Of a stretch of DNA of 35,865 nt, positions 1 through 7,963 are shown piece after piece; the first letter of the stretch is position 1; each line of letters begins with the position of its first letter. A program made the translations under genes and the position numbers. Below the pieces are notes generated by a model, which was not told the DNA's origin, searched no databases, and worked only from the letters and a program-made list of their open reading frames with translations. The stretch lies in the sequence record SRR9188677_180. One strand, 5' to 3'.

Positions 1-1
1 A

Positions 2-23
2 ACATTGGCGAGGACGCCAACGT
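2..23. repeat. short GC-rich REP-like hairpin (TTGGCG-AGGA-CGCCAA)
   Basis: Perfect 6-bp inverted repeat with a 4-nt loop at 5-20, imperfectly extendable to 2-23. It sits at the window edge, so any partner copy is not visible. Confidence 0.35.
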
Positions 24-30
24 GAGAAGA

Positions 31-86
31 AAAGAGCAAAGAGTAAGGAGCTAAGATATTTGACCTTATTTATTGCTCCTTTTTTA
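31..86 (+). repeat. short heptamer run (AAAGAGC AAAGAGT AAGGAGC TAAGATA) merging into a terminator-like hairpin
   Basis: Four 7-nt units at 31-58. AAGGAGC (45-51) pairs with GCTCCTT (75-81), which runs into a T tract. Confidence 0.4.
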
Positions 87-168
87 TTGCTTAATATGTT
101 AAGAAATAGTTTAGTAGGATAATTAAAGTAAGTTTTAGGTATCACTACAATATTAACTTGTTAAATAG

Positions 169-405
169 CTAGTAATCGTCTACAGCACTGTCATCTGCGG
201 CTAAAAAGGTTTCAATTTCTGGTACGTCTTTTTCAAACACATGCAACTGTATCCCGCTGATAGAAGAATCAAAAAGTGGGCGTAAACCAGCTGTGTTTTC
301 GCCTGTTAAAAAACACTGAAAACCAGCATCCTGCAATTTAGTTAGGATAATATTTGCCTCAATTGGGTTCTGGAAAGTTGTGTATACTGTTATTTTATCG
401 TCCAT
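169..405 (-). CDS. DUF2007-like small putative signal-transducing protein
   Basis: 78 aa with the pattern 'F.NPIEANII..KL..AG..CFL..EN...GI.L.V.E.D', typical of DUF2007 proteins. Confidence 0.75.
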   Translation of the reverse strand: MDDKITVYTTFQNPIEANIILTKLQDAGFQCFLTGENTAGLRPLFDSSISGIQLHVFEKDVPEIETFLAADDSAVDDY

Positions 406-488
406 ATGGTAAATGTAGTAAACAAATTAATGATATAGATGAGGTTATCATTTTATAAATTATTATGACAAAAATATTTTTAAACTAG

Positions 489-2309
489 CTACGCTTCATC
501 AATACTTAAACCTATTTCTTGCAACAAAATGGCCGCATTAAAAGTTTGGCAAGGTCCATTTTTAATTTTATAGTCGAATTCCATTTCTCCGTGATTAATT
601 TGGATATCGAAATGAAAATTACGCACTGTCTCTGGATACACACTTTGCAATTCAGAAAGCTGCAAATCATGTGTCGCAAATAGCGTAGGTGTACCTACTT
701 TAATTAGCTTTTCAATAAATACTTTAGAGCCTAAAAATTTATCCCTACTGTTTGTACCGCGAAGCATTTCGTCTATTAAAACTAACGAATTTTGGTTTTC
801 CTGTACTTTTGCCAAAATCATTTTTAGGCGGTTCAGCTCTGCTTTAAATGTTGAGGTACGTTCATTCAATGAATCTTTAATCCGCATGTAAGTAAGGATA
901 TCAAAAATAGACAAGCGCATTTCTTTTGCACAAACTGGCGCACCAGCATAAGCTAAAATCGTGTTAATGCCCAAGGTGCGCAAAAATGTACTTTTCCCCG
1001 CCATATTAGATCCCGTTACAATATCTACTGTCGGCTTTGCCAGCAAATGATAATTATTGTTTATGCGCTTTTCGGAAGGAATAAGTGGATGGCCCATTTC
1101 TTTGGTTTGCAAGCAAAAATCGCTTACAACTTCTGGGAAAACCCAAGCAGGTTGATTGTAACTTAATGTGGCAAATGAAATTAATTCTTCGAAATAACTG
1201 ATCCGGTTTAATCCATTCTCTACATTTTTGGAAGAGGTTTGATGCCACTCGCTAAGTTTTAAACAACATTTTAAATCCCACAACAGTGTGAAGTTCAATA
1301 CTCCTCCAACCAATAAATTAAGCCGAGCGTCAAAAGCCTGAATAATTTTAGCCAACTTCTTCATGTCGGCACTTACCTTTTCATCCGAAGTAAAAAAATT
1401 TTTGATATAAGAGCTTTTCCATTCGATGTCTTCGGTCCACTTTATGGCAGTTGCAAAGTTTGCCAATAGCACAGCACTTTTACCAAAACCATCATAAACT
1501 AAGTTAATTTTCTTCATTTGGAAGAAAGTTAAACTTGCATTAAAAAGTAATACTAGCAACAAAAAACTATAAACCTTACCTCCAAAAATTATTGTACTTA
1601 CAATAAAAAGAGGCATTAAATAAGGCAGCATTTTAATGTAGAAACTTAAAACAGACTGACGAGTTAAAAATAACTGATTGGGCAGCTGATTGTTGAGCTT
1701 ATGCTTAAGCTGTTCTAATCCATTTTTATCATTATCCTTTAAAATAGCCCTATAAACAAAGCTGTCATCAATTTTTGCTGCAAGTTCTTTTATACCTTCT
1801 TGCCTTAAACCTATGTCGTGTTTTGTATTAGGTAAGGCTAAGCGATTAGCTAAAAGTTGAATGCCGTTTTGTGTATTGCACCTATTGATGAGCGAAAAAA
1901 GTGATGCTTTTCCAAAAACATCTAAATCTGATAAATAAGGATGATCCTCATCTTCAAATGCTTGTCCATCATCATAGCCATTCTGCTGTAAGGTAAGCAC
2001 ATTAATCTCATTTTGATACACCCATAATAAGCGCTGTAAATAACTTTCTTGCTTGGTAAATAAATTTTGTTTTTTTACTACAGCCACAAAAATTAAAATA
2101 GGCAATAACATGGCAAAGCCGATAATTAAAACTGCCAATTCTGCACTAACGCTAACAAAAAGTATAAAAAGGCATACCTCAACCAATAATAGAGCGACCC
2201 TAAGGATAGAAAATTTATTGATTTTAGCTTTAATTGCGGCTAGTTCCTGAGCTGTATCTTTAGTTGCATCCTGATACCTTAATAAAACCTGCTGGGCTGT
2301 TTGTTGCAT
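489..2309 (-). CDS. membrane-anchored MutS-family ATPase (MutS domain V; not canonical MutS1)
   Basis: Walker A 'VTGSNMAGKSTFLR', 'STFKAEL', Walker B 'VLIDEMLRGTNS' and 'FATHD'. Two hydrophobic hairpins in the N-terminal half; no mismatch-binding domain I. Confidence 0.9.
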   Translation of the reverse strand: MQQTAQQVLLRYQDATKDTAQELAAIKAKINKFSILRVALLLVEVCLFILFVSVSAELAVLIIGFAMLLPILIFVAVVKKQNLFTKQESYLQRLLWVYQNEINVLTLQQNGYDDGQAFEDEDHPYLSDLDVFGKASLFSLINRCNTQNGIQLLANRLALPNTKHDIGLRQEGIKELAAKIDDSFVYRAILKDNDKNGLEQLKHKLNNQLPNQLFLTRQSVLSFYIKMLPYLMPLFIVSTIIFGGKVYSFLLLVLLFNASLTFFQMKKINLVYDGFGKSAVLLANFATAIKWTEDIEWKSSYIKNFFTSDEKVSADMKKLAKIIQAFDARLNLLVGGVLNFTLLWDLKCCLKLSEWHQTSSKNVENGLNRISYFEELISFATLSYNQPAWVFPEVVSDFCLQTKEMGHPLIPSEKRINNNYHLLAKPTVDIVTGSNMAGKSTFLRTLGINTILAYAGAPVCAKEMRLSIFDILTYMRIKDSLNERTSTFKAELNRLKMILAKVQENQNSLVLIDEMLRGTNSRDKFLGSKVFIEKLIKVGTPTLFATHDLQLSELQSVYPETVRNFHFDIQINHGEMEFDYKIKNGPCQTFNAAILLQEIGLSIDEA

Positions 2310-2326
2310 TTGATCAATTTAAAACC

Positions 2327-2334
2327 CAAAGCTA
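2327..2334 (-). promoter_or_regulatory. Bacteroidota sigma70 -7 element (TAGCTTTG) for the MutS-like gene
   Basis: Matches the TAnnTTTG consensus 17 nt upstream of the ATG at 2309. Confidence 0.55.
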
Positions 2335-2340
2335 ACCTAA

Positions 2341-3681
2341 TTAAGTTCCATTTAAAAACTCTTGCCACCAATAACCAGAATTTTTAATTATACGCTCTTG
2401 TGTTTTAAAATTGGTGTATACTAACCCGAAACGGGCATCAAAACCCTCAGCCCACTCAAAATTATCAATCAATGTCCAAGCCATGTAGCCCGTAATATTT
2501 ATGCCTTCATTTTTAGCTTTAAGCAAAGCGGATAAATAGGATTGGAAATAAGCTATTCTTTCCTGATCGTTTACTGCCCCATCAATCACTTTATCTTTAA
2601 ACGCCGCCCCGTTTTCTGTAATCATGATATTTTTTACCCCAGAGTATGCTGCAAATTGCTTAATAATGTGATAAAAGCTATCCGCATTAATTTCCCAACC
2701 CATTGCGGTGTGAGGCTTTTTCCTACTTTTTGCTTTTACTTCCCAAGCTTGTATTACAGGGATAAATGCATTGTATTTGATTACCAGAGGGAAATAATTT
2801 TGCAAACCGATAAAGTCAAAATCGAATTGCATCCGCTCTTTATGACGCCATGTTGAGTGGCTGATGGCAAATTTTTCAAGTACATCCCAATCTGCCGTCG
2901 GAAAACCCATACCTAAAGCTGGTTCAATAAACAGTCTGTTCATTAAACAATCAACCCTTTTAGCAGCAAGTTTATCGGTATCACTTTGTGTATATGGTAT
3001 AATTTCTGAACAAGAAAAGGTGGTACCAATAATTGCATTGCTTACCTCGGCCCTTAAAATTTTACCGCCATCTGCCTGGGCAATTGCAGCATGTTGACCC
3101 GCAGCAAAAAAGTTCGTTAATCCTGTTTCACCTGGTGCATGTATGCCAAGCATATAGCCTAAAGAGGTAAAGCCAAAAGGTTCGTTTATTACGATCCAAT
3201 GTTTTACTTTATGCCCATAAGTTTTTGCACAAAGCATTACAAACTCATTAAAATCAGCATTAATGCTAAAGGAAGTCCAACCCCCATGTTTAGCTAATTC
3301 GTCGGGCAAATCCCAATGGTAGAGTGTAACATACGGAATAAGGTTGTGCTTTAAGCATTCGTCTATCACAAGGTGATAAAATGCGATACCCTCTTCATTA
3401 ATCAATCCTTTACCAAGCGGCAAAATCCTAGACCAAGAAATTGAAAACCTAAAAACTTTAAAGCCCAATGTTTTAACCAAGGCAATATCTTGTTGATAGC
3501 GATGATAAAAATCGCAAGCGATACTTGGTTTATGACCGCCCTTTATTTTTCCGTTTCTTTTGGCAAAGCTATCCCATATAGATGGTCCTCTGCCATAATC
3601 GGCTGTGGCACCTTCTATTTGAGCTGCAGCTGTGGCTACTCCCCATAAAAAATCTTTCCCAAAATCATTTGCGCTTATCAT
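2341..3681 (-). CDS. glycoside hydrolase family 1 beta-glucosidase
   Basis: GH1 motifs 'FLWGVATAAAQIEG', 'FRFSISWSRI', 'TLYHWDLP', acid/base 'INEP', nucleophile 'ITENG' and 'DNFEWAEG'. No signal peptide. Confidence 0.95.
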   Translation of the reverse strand: MISANDFGKDFLWGVATAAAQIEGATADYGRGPSIWDSFAKRNGKIKGGHKPSIACDFYHRYQQDIALVKTLGFKVFRFSISWSRILPLGKGLINEEGIAFYHLVIDECLKHNLIPYVTLYHWDLPDELAKHGGWTSFSINADFNEFVMLCAKTYGHKVKHWIVINEPFGFTSLGYMLGIHAPGETGLTNFFAAGQHAAIAQADGGKILRAEVSNAIIGTTFSCSEIIPYTQSDTDKLAAKRVDCLMNRLFIEPALGMGFPTADWDVLEKFAISHSTWRHKERMQFDFDFIGLQNYFPLVIKYNAFIPVIQAWEVKAKSRKKPHTAMGWEINADSFYHIIKQFAAYSGVKNIMITENGAAFKDKVIDGAVNDQERIAYFQSYLSALLKAKNEGINITGYMAWTLIDNFEWAEGFDARFGLVYTNFKTQERIIKNSGYWWQEFLNGT

Positions 3682-3797
3682 ACAGCTAAGGTCTAATGTT
3701 TTTGTTAAGTTATGATTAAGTTTGCTAGTAACTGATCAAATAATTATTTTGAGCTGGCAGACCTAATTCAGTATTTTTGAAGTTTAAATTATTCAAA

Positions 3798-4271
3798 TTG
3801 AAAATCACACTCATCGCCGTTGGCAAAACAGAAGATAAATATTTAATAGAAGGTATAGAAAAATACCTTAACAGGCTAAAACATTATATCAATTTTAACA
3901 TTTTAGTTATCCCTGAATTAAAGAACACTAAAAATTTAACCGAAGCACAGCAGAAGAACAAAGAGGCAGAACTGATCCAAAAGCAAATCAATCCCACAGA
4001 TGTGGTGGTATTATTAGATGAGAAGGGCAAAAAACATACATCAGTTTCCTTTTCTTCTTATATTAACAAACAAATGATTGGCTCGGTACAAAACTTAGTG
4101 TTTATTATTGGTGGGCCATATGGTTTTGATGAGGTAATCTATAAAAGGGCAAACAACAGTTTATCATTATCTGACATGACCTTTTCCCACCAAATGGTTA
4201 GATTATTTTTTGTAGAGCAACTATATAGGGCATTTACCATTTTAAAAAATGAGCCATATCATCATGCTTAA
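3798..4271 (+). CDS. rlmH: 23S rRNA (pseudouridine1915-N3)-methyltransferase RlmH
   Basis: SPOUT motifs 'LLDEKGK', 'FIIGGPYGF', 'LSDMTFSHQMVRLFFVEQLYRA' and 'EPYHH'. The likely start is TTG at 3798 (MKITLIAVGK); the -7 box TATTTTTG at 3772-3779 overlaps the longer ORF start. Confidence 0.95.
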   Translation: MKITLIAVGKTEDKYLIEGIEKYLNRLKHYINFNILVIPELKNTKNLTEAQQKNKEAELIQKQINPTDVVVLLDEKGKKHTSVSFSSYINKQMIGSVQNLVFIIGGPYGFDEVIYKRANNSLSLSDMTFSHQMVRLFFVEQLYRAFTILKNEPYHHA

Positions 4272-4397
4272 GTTGTTTTAATTTCGTTTATGGAAATAAA
4301 ACTACTATCACATCATTTATAAAAAATTTATATGTTACCTAGCGATTATAAAAGAAAGTATAGGTTTAGAACCGATACTACGAAAGAGAAAAAATAT

Positions 4398-4463
4398 ATG
4401 AAAACCGTTTTAATTATCACATTTATCGTGCTAATTGTATTGTGGTATTTCTTTATTAACTAA
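4398..4463 (+). CDS. putative 21-aa single-pass membrane peptide (MKTVLIITFIVLIVLWYFFIN)
   Basis: ATG...TAA read directly from the sequence. A-rich upstream context, an uninterrupted hydrophobic stretch, and a terminator hairpin immediately after the stop. Confidence 0.5.
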   Translation: MKTVLIITFIVLIVLWYFFIN

Positions 4464-4497
4464 AAACACCAGTCTAATTAAAGTACTGGTGTTTTTA
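4461..4497. terminator. bidirectional intrinsic terminator
   Basis: TAAAAACACCAGT-N11-ACTGGTGTTTTTA perfect inverted repeat between convergent genes. Confidence 0.8.
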
Positions 4498-4506
4498 ATA
4501 TTTCAA

Positions 4507-5049
4507 TTACACGCCTTTTTTACTGGTCATGTTTGCTTTTTTGGCAGGGGCCGATGTTTTTACCGTTGGTGCCTTAGCATTTGATGGTTTTGCTTTTGGA
4601 GTTGCTTTAGGTTTTGCTTCAAGTTTATCCTCAGCTTTTGTGCCAGCCTCTTCAGTACCTGGAGCAGCTTCTGTAAACAATGGCAAATCTTTTAACAGAT
4701 GGTACCATGAAAGGATTTTTTTCATGTCAGAAGTATAAACTTTTTCTTGATCATGACCTGGGGCCACGTTTAGGAAAAAGCTTTTCAATGCTTTTGGATC
4801 TGCTTTAGTATCAGGCGCAGTATCTTTTGCCGCATCAATATTTGTTAACACATCAATTAACCTTAATTCTTCATCTTCGCCATAAATGGTTATATCTTCT
4901 AAAGAAGCTAATTTAGTAGTAGAAATATTAGCCACAATTTTTAACTTTTGTGCATCTAAACTCTCTAAAACATAACCCGCTTTATTTTGTCCAACAAGTT
5001 TAAATAAACCTGGTCTTCCTGATACGGCTACAATTCCTCTTAAATTCAT
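4507..5049 (-). CDS. conserved Bacteroidota protein (DUF5606/DUF6852-like) with Lys/Ala/Pro-rich tail
   Basis: N-terminal 'I.AVSGRPGLFKL', 'SLEDITIY' and 'VYTSDMKK...WY' motifs; low-complexity C-terminus. Confidence 0.75.
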   Translation of the reverse strand: MNLRGIVAVSGRPGLFKLVGQNKAGYVLESLDAQKLKIVANISTTKLASLEDITIYGEDEELRLIDVLTNIDAAKDTAPDTKADPKALKSFFLNVAPGHDQEKVYTSDMKKILSWYHLLKDLPLFTEAAPGTEEAGTKAEDKLEAKPKATPKAKPSNAKAPTVKTSAPAKKANMTSKKGV

Positions 5050-5060
5050 ATATTTTTTGT

Positions 5061-5117
5061 TAAGCGGTTAGCGTTAAGCGCTAGCGTATGAAACGCCAAA
5101 CCCAAACGCACTACGCA
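5061..5117. repeat. inverted heptamer tandem array (TAAGCG(G/T/C) arm and AAACGC(C/A) arm)
   Basis: TAAGCGG TTAGCGT TAAGCGC TAGCGT, then AAACGCC AAACCC AAACGCA CTACGCA, filling the intergenic gap. Confidence 0.65.
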
Positions 5118-5119
5118 TA

Positions 5120-5578
5120 TTAATCTTCTAAAACTTCAACAGTTAAAATTTTATCTCCTTGTCTAATATCATCAACAAGATCAACATTTTCTACTACCTT
5201 ACCAAAACAAGTATGGTTACGATCTAAATGTGCAGTATTAGCTCTGCTATGGCAGATGAAAAATTGAGAACCACCAGTGTTGCGACCAGCGTGTGCCATA
5301 GACAATACACCACGATCGTGGTATTGGTTTTCACCATCTAACTCACAATCAATTTGATAACCTGGGCCACCAGTACCTGGCATACCTGTTGCGCCATCTT
5401 TTGAATTTGGACAACCACCTTGTACAACAAAATTAGGGATCACGCGATGAAATCTAACTCCATCATAAAATCCTTCGCTGGCTAATTTTTTAAAATTTGC
5501 AACTGCTTTAGGGGCGTCGTTATCGTAAAATTCAACAGTCATGTTGCCTTTTTCCGTTTTTATTATTGCTTTGCTCAT
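5120..5578 (-). CDS. cyclophilin-type peptidyl-prolyl cis-trans isomerase
   Basis: 'FYDGVRFHRVIPNFVVQGG', 'LSMAHAGRNTGGSQFFI' and 'HLD..HTCFGKV'. -7 box TAAATTTG on the minus strand at 5599-5606. Confidence 0.95.
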   Translation of the reverse strand: MSKAIIKTEKGNMTVEFYDNDAPKAVANFKKLASEGFYDGVRFHRVIPNFVVQGGCPNSKDGATGMPGTGGPGYQIDCELDGENQYHDRGVLSMAHAGRNTGGSQFFICHSRANTAHLDRNHTCFGKVVENVDLVDDIRQGDKILTVEVLED

Positions 5579-5755
5579 TGTATTTTTTTGTGAAGCTACA
5601 AATTTAACAAAATGAACCGATTAGCCATACAAATCCGTTATAATTCCTACAGACAAATGCCAAAACCATAGTAAATAGCAAAATTTAACGTTTTATGTTA
5701 TATATAAATTTTATAATGGTGCTTAAAAAAGATACATTAGCATACTGCATTAATT

Positions 5756-7018
5756 ATGGGCTTTAAAAAATATAGTTTTATAATCATTCTTGTTTACCTA
5801 ACCCTAGGAGCTAGGGCATCATCTATTTTAATTTACATGGATGAGGATCAAAAAAACCATTTAAAAGCTTATGGCTTAGCTTATTGGAGCATTAAGCAAA
5901 ATACTGAAGTAGATTGGCTGTTAAATTACCGAGGCGGAAGCTTTTTAGTTAAATACCTTAAAGCTGTAGAAGACGAGTGCAAAATAAGAGGCGTTTCTTA
6001 TGAAATTTTACCCGATGCCAAAGTCAACTCCATTTTAAATGAGATTAATAATCCGGCAGTAAATATGGAGATGGTTAAACTGGAAAAAACACCAAAAATT
6101 GCTGTCTATTCTCCAAAAAGCAAATTACCTTGGGATGATGCCGTTACCTTGGTTTTAACCTACGCCGAAATACCTTACGACCTGATTTATGATGACGAAG
6201 TTTTAAAAGATAAGCTGAGCAGCTATGACTGGCTACACTTACACCATGAAGATTTTACCGGCCAGTATGGAAGGTTTTGGGCAGCCTATAGAAATGCGAC
6301 TTGGTACCGGGAGGATGTAAAATACCAAGAAGCAGCAGCCAAAAGAAATGGCTTTAAAAAAGTAAGCGAAATGAAGTTGGCAGTAGCCAAACGCATTAAA
6401 GAGTTTTGTGCTGGAGGAGGCTTTTTATTTGCCATGTGCTCTGGTGCTGATAGTTTTGACATAGCGCTTGCTGCCGAAGGTGTAGATATTGCCGAAAGCA
6501 TGTTTGACGGTGATGGCACAGACGCAAACGCACAAAGCAAACTTAACTTTAATAATAGCGTAGCTTTTAAGGATTTTAACATTGATTTAAATCCTGAACA
6601 TTATGAATTTTCTGATATTGATGTTACTGAACGTAGGAATTTTAACGAATCAAATGATTACTTTACCTTATTTGATTTTTCTGCCAAATGGGATTTGGTA
6701 CCAACTATGCTTACCCAAAACCACGATAAAGTGATTAAAGGATTTATGGGGCAAACTACTGCTTTTAAAAGTAGTTTGATTAAACCCAGTGTTACGGTTT
6801 TGGGCGAGAATAAAGCAGGTGCAGAAGTAAGGTATTTACATGGTGAAATTGGTAAAGGACAGTTTACATTTTACGGCGGCCATGATCCTGAAGATTACAG
6901 GCACCAAGTAAATGATCCACCAACAGATTTAAGCTTACACCCAAACTCACCAGGTTACCGTTTGATATTGAATAACGTGCTTTTCCCGGCAGCTAAAAAG
7001 AAACCTCAAAAAACTTAA
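5756..7018 (+). CDS. exported class I glutamine-amidotransferase-like fold protein (conserved in Bacteroidota, often labelled 'asparagine synthetase B')
   Basis: Signal peptide (..GARA-SS), nucleophile-elbow-like 'GGFLFAMCSG' and 'GGHDPE'. No Asn-synthase domain motifs. Confidence 0.7.
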   Translation: MGFKKYSFIIILVYLTLGARASSILIYMDEDQKNHLKAYGLAYWSIKQNTEVDWLLNYRGGSFLVKYLKAVEDECKIRGVSYEILPDAKVNSILNEINNPAVNMEMVKLEKTPKIAVYSPKSKLPWDDAVTLVLTYAEIPYDLIYDDEVLKDKLSSYDWLHLHHEDFTGQYGRFWAAYRNATWYREDVKYQEAAAKRNGFKKVSEMKLAVAKRIKEFCAGGGFLFAMCSGADSFDIALAAEGVDIAESMFDGDGTDANAQSKLNFNNSVAFKDFNIDLNPEHYEFSDIDVTERRNFNESNDYFTLFDFSAKWDLVPTMLTQNHDKVIKGFMGQTTAFKSSLIKPSVTVLGENKAGAEVRYLHGEIGKGQFTFYGGHDPEDYRHQVNDPPTDLSLHPNSPGYRLILNNVLFPAAKKKPQKT

Positions 7019-7045
7019 TTACTGCCATTATCCACTATATCATAC

Positions 7046-7085
7046 AATCTGACATATTTTAATTAATAATTAAAATTGTCAGATT
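7046..7085. promoter_or_regulatory. 40-bp near-perfect palindrome (operator/enhancer or RNA hairpin)
   Basis: AATCTGACA-T-ATTTTAATTA-A-TAATTAAAAT-TGTCAGATT: 19 bp of pairing with one bulge. Confidence 0.6.
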
Positions 7086-7146
7086 AATTAAAAAACAACC
7101 TCTTTATCAACTACATAAACCACCTAAGACTTATAAAATACAGCTT

Positions 7147-7161
7147 TGGCATAGCTTTTGG
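7147..7161 (+). promoter_or_regulatory. putative sigma54 (-24/-12) promoter
   Basis: TGGCATAGCTTTTGG versus consensus TGGCACG-N4-TTGC, with correct spacing, 54 nt upstream of the OMP start. Confidence 0.55.
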
Positions 7162-7215
7162 CAAATGATGTTTATCAAAACAAATTGATACAATCATTTA
7201 CTTTAAAGAAATATT

Positions 7216-7908
7216 ATGAAAAAGTTATTATTAAGTGGTGCAATTGCTTTATTCACTACAGGTGCTTTTGCCCAAACTAACATGACAGGATCTGACGCTA
7301 GAATTGGGATTAAAGCAGGTGTAAACTTGGCCAAAATGCACTATTCTGGTAATTCAAGTTATCTTAACGACTATACAAAAAACAACCTTGGTTATAATTT
7401 TACAGTATTTGGAGATTTTGGCGTAGCAAACAACTTCTTTATCCAGCCAGGTATTTCCTTACAAAATAAAGGGACTAAATTTGAAGGGACATTTACTGAA
7501 GTTGCTAATGTTACAGGTACCGCTAAGGTTGACGTTATGGCTATAGAAATACCTCTTAATGCGGTTTTGCGTATTCCTACTGGAGATGCAGGCGCATTGC
7601 ACATTAGTGCGGGGCCATATGTAGGCTTTAACATTTCTGGTAAAAGAACTACTGATTTAAAAGATGCCAATGGTATGCAGTTAGGCAAAAATGAAAACGA
7701 CCTTAATTTTGGTAGCGAAACTAACGACGATTTAAGCACAACAGATTTTGGTGCAAACTTTGGTTTAGCCTATAGAATAAACAACGGATTAATTTTCGGG
7801 GCAAATTACGGCCTAGGTTTATCAAACTTAACACCTAAAGATAGTAGAGTAAACGATAACAAAGTTACCAACAGAGTGCTTGGTTTTACTATTGGATATT
7901 CTTTCTAA
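7216..7908 (+). CDS. outer-membrane beta-barrel protein (PorT/OMP_b-brl_2-like)
   Basis: Signal peptide (AFA-Q), 'IGIKAGVN', 'IEIPL', 'AGPYVG' and a C-terminal 'IGYSF' BAM signal. Confidence 0.85.
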   Translation: MKKLLLSGAIALFTTGAFAQTNMTGSDARIGIKAGVNLAKMHYSGNSSYLNDYTKNNLGYNFTVFGDFGVANNFFIQPGISLQNKGTKFEGTFTEVANVTGTAKVDVMAIEIPLNAVLRIPTGDAGALHISAGPYVGFNISGKRTTDLKDANGMQLGKNENDLNFGSETNDDLSTTDFGANFGLAYRINNGLIFGANYGLGLSNLTPKDSRVNDNKVTNRVLGFTIGYSF

Positions 7909-7924
7909 GAAACTATATCAATTT

Positions 7925-7963
7925 AATGCCCACAGTAGGTAAACTATTGTGGGCATTTTTTTT
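7925..7963. terminator. intrinsic terminator between convergent genes
   Basis: AATGCCCACAGTAG-GTAAA-CTATTGTGGGCATT followed by a T run. Confidence 0.85.

Noticed and set aside
489-2309. canonical mutS or mutS2
   Set aside because: It is too short, has TM segments, and lacks mismatch-binding and Smr domains.
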